A stretch of DNA of 64,000 nucleotides. Origin: Octopus sinensis (lineage: Eukaryota). The stretch's first letter is position 1. Every line of letters starts with the position of its first letter. The translations under genes were made by a program, and so were the position numbers. Positions 53,711-64,000 of the stretch are shown here, piece by piece. The notes under the pieces were generated by a model that had not been told where the DNA came from, made no database searches, and saw only the letters and a program-made list of their open reading frames with translations. The stretch spans positions 54,374,001-54,438,000 of the forward strand of contig NC_043004.1 of NCBI RefSeq assembly GCF_006345805.1, written 5' to 3'.

Positions 53711-53714
<4 letters not shown>
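48331..53714. repeat. ~603-bp tandem array, ~8.9 units in two divergent arms, each unit with a hammerhead motif (retrozyme-like)
   Basis: Left-arm unit starts 48331, 48935, 49537, 50139; inversion at ~50204-50207; right-arm registers 50206, 50808, 51415, 52016, 52622, 53225; (TA)n on both flanks; no ORF of 60 aa or more in the track. Confidence 0.97.
50894..51007 (+). ncRNA. Type I hammerhead ribozyme motif (representative copy; 6 on plus, 3 on minus)
   Basis: Helix I TCTACG/CGTGGA; core CTGAAGA (50900-50906); helix II GAAA/TTTC with a long extension; GAAA (50990-50993); palindromic helix III ACGTACGT; GTC cleavage after 51001. Confidence 0.8.
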
Positions 53715-53771
<57 letters not shown>

Positions 53772-54452
53772 GTTTGTCTAGGCGTAATTTTTCCAGTCAG
53801 TCCATCGAAGGCAACAATAATACTCCGGAGCCGCTATGCCGTTTCTCAACCTGCAACAAATGGTCACTAAATACGCGTCTAATTCAACCACACCACCTTA
53901 CAAAATATTACGATTATATTATAGGACTAAGTCTTAAATTTCCCGAGAAATATTTGATGGCTTCAGATGGTATACCGTTCGTGACAAGTCATCTCGAGTA
54001 GTGTCGATCTATGACCAAACGTTAACACCATCAGTATTACACTCTGATATAATATACTAAACTTCAGTAACTATCAAATGTTACAACATCCTGCCATTAT
54101 ATTCTACTAAAAGTAAAGCGGCGAGCTAGCAAAATTGCTTTAACGTCGGTCTTAATGCTGAACGGTATTTGTTCCGGATTTTTACGTTTTGGCTTCAAAT
54201 ACAAGGTCAACGTTGCCTTTCAACCCCTGTAAATACCAACTGTAAATATGGGGTTGAGGAACATCATCGACCCCATACTCAAACCTGTGGCATCGACGAA
54301 ATCTTTCCCTGAAAAGCCGCTGAATTTGTGCATATATCAGAAACTATTAAAAGCCAACACAATAAATAACTAACTTCTATTTTCTTCATTCACAACACAC
54401 ACACATACACACACACACACACACATATATATATGTATATATATATTATATA

Positions 54453-54499
<47 letters not shown>

Positions 54500-55396
54500 A
54501 TATATTGTTTCCCTTGTTTTCATACTTCGTCTTTGTGTTTAATTTCCACGATTGTTGATATGATTTTGTGTGCTTCATTTAAATTTATTTAAAAAAAAGA
54601 AATCCAATGCTAACTTCCATTGTATTCCATTGTATAATAGTTGCTTTCGTATAAAACAAAATTTAATCATTGACATCAGACGCCATTTTAATATGTGCCG
54701 CATACGTCATTGAACATTTACAGATATGACGTCATTCAAAGCAACGGCAACATCAGCAATGTTTTTGTGTGTTGGAGGAGGTGAAGAAACAACAAGACGA
54801 ACTGACTATCATCTAAGGAGATCTCTACCGTTTACATTTTCAGCAAATTAGAAATTCTATTGAGACGCCAGACATGTTGACATTACAGGATGTTGGAGCC
54901 ATTCTTTTCTCGTTTCATACTTGATTTCATTATTTAACGTTCTCTCAAATTTATTTCACGGCAGTAATTGTATTAAGGCGCATATAAAATGTGCTTGTGT
55001 ACACACGCAAACACATGCAAATATGTATGTATGTACGTGCGTATGTACGTATGTATGTATGCATGCATGTATGCAAATGTATGTACGTTTAAATACATAA
55101 AGATGCACGCAGGTGCGCGCACACAAACACACACACTCACGTATGCATATCGTATATATATTTTTTGTAAACGAACACGCATACATCAACAAAGACACAC
55201 ATATGCACAGACATCTCACATAGTGGCACACATATATTATATGTATATTACATGTGTGTGTGTTGTTGTTGCTGTTGTTTGTGAGCATTTATGTACGTAT
55301 GTATGTGTGTGTGTCTATATATATAAACATAAATACATAAATATACAAGCAGAGATACTTGTACAAACGGATAGATAGATAGATAGATAGATAGAC

Positions 55397-55481
<85 letters not shown>

Positions 55482-55942
55482 CACACTTCTTATCCAACAG
55501 CAGATATTGGCATTATCACAGAATCAGTTCTTTGTGTATATTCGTAAAATCCACACACATACACAAGCTCGCGCATGCATACTTAAGTGTGTGAGTGTAT
55601 GACTATCCGTGTGTACGCCCGTGTGATTATGAGACATACACATGAATCTCAAAAGCCACATTTAATTCAACTTCCACACATTTACTTTGGGCATGTGCTC
55701 TGCTACTAACTTGAAATCAGTTATACCCTTATTTCACTGATTTCCAGTGAAATCAGTCAAAATTGCAGATGGCGAATTAATAAAAGGAAAGAATGTAACT
55801 TGCGACAGAGGTAATATTAATACCGGAAGTTAATATTTATTCTAACTTAGATGTTCTGTAAGAACAAACTTTAGTGACGCAGATACCACGAGCGAAACTC
55901 TCATATAAGCTTTCGTGGAAAACGCACTCTTGTTTATTTATA

Positions 55943-56222
55943 TCGCCAGCGGGGAAATAAATCCCCACAAACTCCAGTGCCGAGACCACCAGATCACATA
56001 ATTTCGATCTTCTTTGATCTCATTGGTGATGGACATTCGACCGCTAGAGATAACGGCGACTTATCTCTGCTAGGGATAAATATAGGGAAGTAGTGCCAGC
56101 TCAGGTACTGGTGTCACGATTAGCTAGTTAGCTTGTTAAAAAATGAGACAGATGAAGATCGAAATGGTGTGATCTGGTGATCTCAGCTTTGGAGTTGGTG
56201 AGGATTTATCTCTCTGCTTGCG
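55943..56222. repeat. Old imperfect fold-back (~80-bp arms)
   Basis: ataaatccccacaaactccagtgccgagaccaccagatcaca...atttcgatcttc versus gaagatcgaaatggtgtgatctggtgatctcagctttggagttggtgaggatttat; inner hairpin agagataa/ttatctct. Confidence 0.7.
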
Positions 56223-56859
56223 AGTTAAAGAAACAAGCGTCTACCGCAGTAAAATTTGTTCTAACTGAACATCCACTTTTAAGTGGGAATAAATGAAACT
56301 TGAATACATACCTATTTAAATCATTTGTGCTTATATACTTTAATCTTACAGTTCCCTTCCGGGATATCTGAGTACTCACTTCATAAAATGGTTGGAGACG
56401 AGCGAGACTCAAAACCTATCTTTAAATAGCAGTCGGCAAAGATTCAATGGATATAAAGAGAACAAATCTGAACTTGACCGGTAACACAAGTGATAGAAAT
56501 GCTGGTATTTATATAATATTTGAAGTTATGGCAATGATAGAGAAGCGGTGGTGACGTGTTTGTTTCATGATGTGGTGATGTTGTGAAAGTGTTGGTTTTT
56601 GGAGAGTAGTAATCAATGTTATCTGTTTGATATCGGTAGTCACTGTAGTGATGACATTATTTTTCTTTGCATGTTTTTTTCATGTGAATTTTATATTACT
56701 CCTCTATACCGGGATTTTAAATTACTAAATATTTGAACTTATTTTACTCAAAGTGAATAACTTGTATAAAATATATGGTTAGCAAATCAAAGTAGCATAG
56801 AGATAATAAAAAGTGAAAGAAAATATGAATAAATAAGCTTTCAAATTTAGCACGAGGCC

Positions 56860-57640
56860 AGCAATTTTGGGAAGAAGTAATTCGATTCCATTATTTCCAG
56901 TATTTTTTTTTTGGTACTTATTTCATCGACACCGAAAGAATGAAAATATTGTTGTTTATACAGCCGGATTTCAGCTCAGAACGTAAAGAACCGGAAGAAA
57001 TGCTGCTAAATATTTTGCCCGACGCTGTTAACATTCTACTAGATCGCCCCCTTTCTATAAATAATAATTATTTGTATCATAGGCACAAACCTGAAATTGT
57101 AGGGGAGGGGCTTGACCCCAGTACGCAACTGGTACTTAAGTTATCGACCACTAAAGGGTAAAAGGTGATGTCGACCTCGCAGGAATTTGGACTCAGAACG
57201 TAAAAAGAAATACGACTAAGCATTGTGACTGGAGGGCTAACGATTTTTTCTACTTTAAGCACAAGGCCTTAAATTTGCAGGGAGGGGACCAGTCGATTAG
57301 ATCGACCCTACTATGCAACTGGTACTTGTTCTATCGAGCACGAAAGGATGAAAGGCAAAGTCGAGCTCGGCGTAATTTGAACTCAGAATGTAAAGACAGA
57401 CGAAACACCTATTTGTTTACTACACACAAGGGGCTAATCATAGAGAGGACAAACAAGGACCGACAAACGGATTAAGTCGATTATATCGACCCCAGTGCGT
57501 AACTGGTACTTATCTAATCGACCCCGAAAGGATGAAAGGGAAAGTCGACCTCGGCGGAATTTGAACTCAGAACGTAGAGGCAGACGAAATACCGCTAAGC
57601 ATTTCGCCCGGCCAGCTCGACACCTTAATAAAAATAAAAA
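56860..57640 (-). mobile_element. Cluster of family B SINE copies of differing decay
   Basis: Repeated gaaaggcaaagtcgacctcggcggaatttgaactcagaacgta-like motifs. Confidence 0.85.
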
Positions 57641-57708
57641 TAAAAATACCAACGAGGACGACGGCAACAACAACAACAACAACAACAACAATAATAATAA
57701 TAATAATG

Positions 57709-57739
<31 letters not shown>

Positions 57740-57741
<2 letters not shown>

Positions 57742-59200
57742 TCTGGTATATTGGCCACAAGGGCTAATATAGAATCAAAAACATGAAAGGACAAACACAG
57801 AAGGATAAAAAAAAGGGGTTTGATAAAAGAAAAGTACCGTGTAAATATTAGATAATAACGAAAAGTATAACAAGTAAAAGCTCCCAATAGGGGAAGGCGC
57901 TTTGAAAGGTTACTCATGGAAAACCCCATAAAAGCCACGGGTGCCTGGTGAAACGGGGCTAGAGCTCCTTCTCCTTTTATATTCCTTTTTACAGGTGTAA
58001 TCTCAGAATTGGTCCGTCCATATTGGCCATTCTTCCGACATTCACCCACCTTTCAACAAATTTGCTACGAGACAATACTTCCCTCTCTACTCTTCCCTTC
58101 CTTTTCAAGTGGAACTTGAAAAAGTTGATGAGGCATTGGCCAAAGTGGAAAGTGTCAGACTTTAGCCCTTTTAAACGGGTCTACCATACCACCTCTTCTT
58201 CTACAGCCACCAGACAAATGAAAACTGCCTTGCCCTCCCGGCGGGGCAATCTTCACTATGGATTCAGCTGATAGCCGGATCCGTCCTACACGCGACAATA
58301 GATGTTCGACATAAATCCACAGGTCAGCAATACTCGGGCACTGGACCAGTGCGTGCAGAAAGGTTTTCTCGTTCTGAGCGCACCTAGGGCAGGCCCGACT
58401 AACGGCACTTCCGTGGCGGTAGAGTTTATCCCGAACAGACAGTGCCCCTCAGTAGCACTGCCAGGCGCGTGACTTTTGGAAGTTATCTATGTGTCCCGGT
58501 CCGAAAGTTCTGCCAAATAGACTGCTTAGTTGGTCGTCGTCGAAGCCTAGAGTTTCCCCGCGAACGTTGTTGCACTTTTCCTGCACTAACCCTCTATAGA
58601 ACGCTAGAGTGGAAGTAATACCGATCGCATTGCCGCCTGGAAGAGGGCAGTGAGAGCTTGAAGATACTTGAGGTGCCAAGCGTCCTTTCTCGGTCTACGT
58701 TTGATCCAAGATTGCAGTTCCCTCAAAGAGGCGACAAACAATGACCACACCTGCTCACCGTCTAGGAAACGCTTGGGATGCTGTAGCCTGAGCGAGTGTC
58801 TACGCATCAGCAACGACGACATGCCAAGGCCTCCGTTCAGCGGGTGTTGACTGCAGATGGAGCGCCTGACCAGTGATCCCTGACCCTTCCACAGAAAGTC
58901 GAAGAGCAAGCGCATCAGCTAGGCCAACCAGCGGTCGGGACAAGGGATAACGGCCAATCAGTAATAGATGATGGATGCGATGTATGCATTCACCACCTCA
59001 GCTCGACCTTTCAGGGACAGCTTCCTCTCGGCCTGTTTCTGGGTAAGATTGTCCAGGCAGCTCGTCACCTCGTTCCAATTTTTCTCCACCTGGAGGTCCA
59101 GACCGAACCAGACCCCGAGTATTTTAACGGGATCGTCTGTGCCCAGTTGCAAGCCCACCGACTTTTCCGCATTAATGAACGCCCCTGTCACCGCTTCGTA
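57740..59200 (-). mobile_element. L1/Tx1-clade LINE ORF2 3' fragment (RT C-terminus, zf-RVT, 3' UTR)
   Basis: PVKILGVWFG...LSLKGRAEVVNAYIASIIYY; LFDFLWKG...HPLNGGLGM; manually read GALSVRDKLYRHG...ACPRC....TFLHALVQCP; 3' UTR joined to a trinucleotide repeat. Confidence 0.88.
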
Positions 59201-59229
59201 TAATATATATATATATTTTTTTTAAGTAT

Positions 59230-59372
59230 TAGACATTCACTAGTACAACACCAAAAAAAATTTTAAAAAAACCAAATATATGGCACAGAACTTCCAACCT
59301 GTTGTCTCTTGAGGTCTCTGGGTGAGACTTGGAGCCAACTTGTACAGACATAAAGCAAAAGTCAAACATAGA
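59230..59372 (+). mobile_element. Short R4/Dong-like 3' end followed by (TAA)n
   Basis: gtctcttgaggtctctgggtgagacttggag 3'-UTR-like sequence running directly into TAA repeats; assignment from recall. Confidence 0.45.
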
Positions 59373-59393
59373 ATAATAATAATAATAATAATA

Positions 59394-59431
<38 letters not shown>

Positions 59432-59469
59432 TAATAATAATATAAAATAATAATAACAATAATAATAAC

Positions 59470-59508
<39 letters not shown>

Positions 59509-59558
59509 TAATAATAATAATAATAATGATAATAATAATAAATAATAATAATAATAAC

Positions 59559-59657
<99 letters not shown>

Positions 59658-59674
59658 TATAATAATAATAATAA

Positions 59675-59705
<31 letters not shown>

Positions 59706-59708
59706 GCC

Positions 59709-60259
59709 CTGATGCAGTACCAGGCAGTGGCTCTCATGGCTTCTGATCTTAACTGATTGGAAGTGTTATCATGTACATTGTTTTGTCTTGGTATAAAAGA
59801 TGGGCTACAGCAAATATTCTGCTCAATACCACAGATTTGCTTGTCAGTTGCTTGACCTTAACCAGTTGAGCATGTCCCTTAGTGGCTGACGATATGTGCA
59901 TCTCTGATCACGAGCAGAAGTAGTGGGGGAGCATCATAGCCATGTGTTGAGAGGAATTCTTTGGGGTTTGAATAATTCACCTCTGGAAACATGGGTGGTT
60001 CTTTCAACATCCTTAAACAACCCTTATTCAGGGACCTTTTGAGCGGGATGGGCTACTCAACCTGAAGAAAATTCTAACTGGGCCCCACCTGCAAGGTCAT
60101 GTGCTGTTTATCTTGATATGAGATCACCATGTCGCGCACATATGGTTGTGATGCATGTGCCTGGTGTACCCTTATCAGACGGGTAGTCATGATGGGTATA
60201 TTGGGCTTCGTATATTTTACCCCAGTGTCACTTTGATGGCATGCACTGCTCTCTCACTC
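59709..60259 (+). mobile_element. 551-bp non-coding element inserted in (TAA)n (second copy)
   Basis: Reverse complement of 39830-40380 with few substitutions. Confidence 0.85.
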
Positions 60260-60309
<50 letters not shown>

Positions 60310-60312
<3 letters not shown>

Positions 60313-60660
60313 TGACAATGTGTCTCTAAAAGAAATGGAGGAAATTCTTAAAATACAAAGACCTGGAAATAGAGGTAACCAGAATGTGGAATCTAAAAAC
60401 AGAAACAATTCCTATCATAGTAGGTGCATTAGGCATGATAAAAAAATATTCAGACAAATACATAGCAAAAACCCCAGGACTTACAAACACATACAACATA
60501 CAGAAAATTGCACTACTAGGCACTGCACAGATCCTACGCAGAACACTTTCCATACAATAACCATCAGAGCATCAACAACAAATCACAGCACATACCCAAG
60601 GCACACAGAGCTGCGCTCGGTAGTGAAGTGATAGCACGCTATAAAAATAAAACTACTGAA
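60310..60660 (+). mobile_element. R4/Dong-like 3' end (RLE C-terminus) between TAA repeats
   Basis: Manual frame: KYKDLEIEVTRMWNLKTETIPIIVGALGMIKK...IQKIALLGTAQILRRTL*. Confidence 0.85.
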
Positions 60661-60689
60661 TAATAATAACAATAATAATAATAATAATA

Positions 60690-60743
<54 letters not shown>

Positions 60744-62147
60744 TAATAATAATGCTTTATTTTCACTAATTTTATGTCATGTTGAATCAAGTATATCGTA
60801 CCTAGTTCTCAGACTGGCATTCGTTTTTATTCAAGGAAGAGCTGATGTAGTATTATATTAGCTTTAGTTAAGGAGGTTTTCTCCCCTTATGGAGTAAAAT
60901 CCAACAATTTCCAGTAGACGAATAGAAAATACTCATAAAACAAGCGTTTGCATAGTTTACCTCAATAAAATTTCACTCAAAAGGCATTTGGCAATAGGAG
61001 AAGACAGATCCTCATTGTGCTATAGCAAAGAGTGATCGGGTCCAGAACCATCTAGTTGTGATGCGAATTTCACCAATAATGATAATGATTTGATCTAGGC
61101 ACAATGCCAGTAATTTTGAGGACAAGGGATAAGTCGATACCATCGATCTCAATAGTAAACTGGTATTTATTTCATCTACACCTGGGGAGAAAAAATTGAA
61201 TAAATTCTCTTCAATAGTTGTGATCCTTCGTGTGTTTTAATTTAATGGATGGCTATATATGAAGGAAGTTAATAATGAGCCCTTTAATTGATGAACTTCG
61301 TAGGATGAAAAGGATTATATTTTTGGAAGGAAGATCATGAAGTTAATTAGTTTTTGCATATAATCATATTCATATGTAAATTTTATTTTCTAATTAAATT
61401 TTAATGCAAAACTTTTAAGCATGCAAGTTTAAAAATCTATGGATTTATCTTCAAGTTGGTCGAATTATAATATTTTTCATACATAGAAATCTATAACATA
61501 GCTGGCGAAAAGAGAGCTAAGAAAAATATATATTATCCAAATAATTAATTGAAATCTCTAAAACGTATTTACGTTTTCACTTAAAATTACGGCTTTCCTC
61601 CAATTTCATCGATATCAATATCAATTTCGTCAATCTCAAATTCGACATCTTCAGCGTCCATTTCGTTAACATCAGTCTCGACCACTTTTGTGATGTATTT
61701 CGATTTGGTCATAGTCAATCTAAGCGTCGTCACTCCGGAATATCAACTTCGGTAATCAAAGCCAACCCAGTGTTGGTTATTGGAAATATTTAGGTCTGTG
61801 AGGTGCGTGGCTTAGTGGTTAGGGTGTTGCAGCCATGATTCTAATCGTTGAAGCGGATCTCAGGCTCAAGTGGAAATATCTGAACCCTGTTTGGATTTAG
61901 GAGTAAGTCTTGAATTGAGATCCCACTTGGCATAGCGTATATGACACTCAAATAATTTTCGAAGTATGTTTAAAGTAAGCAACTTGATTTGTTTTGTTTG
62001 CACAAGGTTTTTCACGATTCTGAACGGGTTGTGAGTAAAAGATTCAAGAGAGTTCAAAGCTTATTGCTCTTCGCTTGCGTCTGTTTTCTGTTTTTGATGT
62101 ACATAAAATCCCCTTTCTTCCTTTATTCCTCATCGAAGATATATACA

Positions 62148-62179
<32 letters not shown>

Positions 62180-62180
<1 letters not shown>

Positions 62181-62510
62181 CTGGAGGCCAATGGCTTAGT
62201 AGTTAGGGAGTTGGGCGGTGGGCTGGCAGAAACGTTAGCACGTCGGGCGAAATGCGTAGCCGTATTTCGTCTATCGCTACGTTCTGAGTTCAAATTCCGC
62301 CGAGGTCGACTTTGCCTTTCATCCTTTCGGGGTCGATGCGTTGTGTTCTTGCACAAAACACTTCACTTCACGTTGCTCGAATCTACTCAGTTGGCAAAAA
62401 TAAGTAACCCTGCGACGGACCGGCGTCCTATCCAGTGGAGTATATATACACCACAAAATCCGGGACACCGGTCTTATGAACCTATGGCTCGGGACGGGTC
62501 TCTGGCCCGT
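62180..62510 (+). mobile_element. Chimeric or nested SINE (family B head within another tRNA-derived SINE)
   Basis: ggaggccaatggcttagtagttaggg head, then a family B segment (62215-62337), then gtgttcttgcacaaaacacttcacttcacgttgc (family C-like domain). Confidence 0.7.
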
Positions 62511-63146
62511 TTCTTTGTTCTGCATTTATTGATCCATACCGGACTGATTTTACGTACAATGATTGTGTTGGATTTTGTAGGAATTGTTTAAAAGAGTTAA
62601 GAAATGGGAATAATAAATAATAAGTTTTAAAATATTTACTTTCGTCTTTATCGTATTGTATATGCATATATCGGCATCGGTAGTTTTGCATCCATCTTTT
62701 ATACTTAATGTATGTATATTTACCGTAATGTAAAGTGAGACAATGTTCATATTACAAAATTTGTAATCCTTTTCAAAACATATTAACGCTTACATTCTTT
62801 TTACAATTTTGTAACAAGCAGTCACTGATGTCAATATCTGTTCACAAAAGGTAATAACTCCATCTTACAGCAACAACATTTAAGTTGAAGACGAAGTGAC
62901 GGAGATAGACGAAATCATAGCTGAGTTTGAAGATAGCGAAATTGAGGCTGACGATGACGATCTGAGATTGGAGTTGACGAGATTTATATTGATAAAAGGC
63001 AAATTGGAGGTGTCCCTGTAAATAGAAAATTATTAATATACTTTTTTCTGAAACAGATAATTCGTTTGAGGTGTCTGAAATGTAAGAGAAAGAAGAATGT
63101 AACTTTTAGCTTCTCGCGACGTATATGTGTATGTAAACAGATATAT

Positions 63147-63530
63147 AGGCACAGGAGTGGCTGTTTGGTAAGTAGCTTGCTTACCAACCACATGGTTCCG
63201 GGTCAAGTCCCACTGCGTGGCACCTTGGGCAAATGGCTTCTACTATAGCCTCGGGCCGATCATAGCCTTGTGAGATGATTTAGTAGACGGAAACTGAAAG
63301 AAGCCACTCATATATATGTATATGTTTGTGTGTCTGTGTTTCTCTTTCCACCATCGCTTGATAACTGATGTTGATGTGTTTACGTCCCCGTAAATTGGCA
63401 GATCGGCAAAACAGATCGATAGTGTAAATACTAAGCTTACAAAAAATAAGTTTTGAGGTCGATTTCTTCGACTACAAATGCGGTGCTCCAGCATGGCGGC
63501 ACTCAGATGACTGAAACAAATGAAAGAATA
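63147..63530 (+). mobile_element. SINE family A
   Basis: ggcacaggagtggctgtttggtaagtagcttg head and gtgctccagcatggcggcac tail. Confidence 0.88.
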
Positions 63531-64000
63531 AAAGAAAAAAATATGTGTGTATGTGTGTGTGTGTGTATACATAAAGTTTTAAAATACTCTACTATCGTAT
63601 ATACATATATGTGCGTATGTATTTACCCTTAAGGGAAATGTCTCTCTCCCTTTTATTTCTCTTCTCTCTGTCTCTTAATCCGAAAACTATCGGTGGTGGG
63701 AGCACCAACAGTCGCCAGTCAAATTTCCCACGTGTATATATACATATATATATGCAAATATCCATTTGCATAAGTAAATATATGAGTGCGTGTATGTGTG
63801 TATGTGTGTGTGTGTGTGTGTGTGTTGAAATGAAGGATTTCTCAGTAGCTTTAAGCAGGATATAAAATATAATTTGAGCGGGGATGAGGTTAATAGGAAC
63901 TTCATAGCTTCGCCATGGGTCCGGTTTCGTTAGTCAGTGATGTGGTTAGTAATGTTATTAAATATTCATCTGATGCCATCCGACGTTCCTTTAAGTTTCC

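Noticed and set aside
48331-53714. Array as 5S rDNA, snRNA, histone repeat or CRISPR
   Set aside because: I recognise no 5S, U-snRNA or tRNA sequence, there is no ORF, and units are identical over their whole length with no unique spacers.
59704-59765. HDV-like ribozyme at the 5' end of the 551-bp element
   Set aside because: I could not build a consistent P1-P2-P3-P1.1 double pseudoknot by hand; needs a descriptor search.
61590-63010. Two inverted acidic (D/E/I-rich) mini-ORFs at ~61590-61720 (minus) and ~62880-63020 (plus)
   Set aside because: Short, no start context; better explained as decayed gacgaaat-type subterminal repeats of an old DNA element.

Overview
A 64-kb, AT-rich eukaryotic window made almost entirely of repeats. 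The repeat families and microsatellite load resemble those of an Octopus (cephalopod) genome; this is from recall, not a database check. No host protein-coding exon could be supported, and most ORFs in the supplied track are microsatellite translations. Recognisable elements: a decayed RTE LINE plus RTE 3' fragments, L1/Tx1-type ORF1 and ORF2 fragments, R4/Dong-like elements in (TAA)n, a mariner with intact termini, non-autonomous Helitron-like elements, at least four tRNA-derived SINE families, and a Neptune-type Penelope-like element (PLE; RT + GIY-YIG) with an inverted 3' arm. The main observation is a ~5.4-kb array of ~603-bp non-coding units (48331-53714) lying ~380 bp from the PLE. It is embedded in (TA)n and split into two divergent arms. 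By manual folding each unit carries a type I hammerhead ribozyme (TCTACG-CTGAAGA-GAAA..TTTC-GAAA-CGTACG-TC/CGTGGA). This is the layout of a retrozyme-like element copied from a circular or multimeric RNA. Several other (TA)n-embedded insertions share the head-to-head layout. One carries a hammerhead-like fold with a compensatory G3:C8 core swap. All folds are by eye and coordinates of degraded repeats are approximate.
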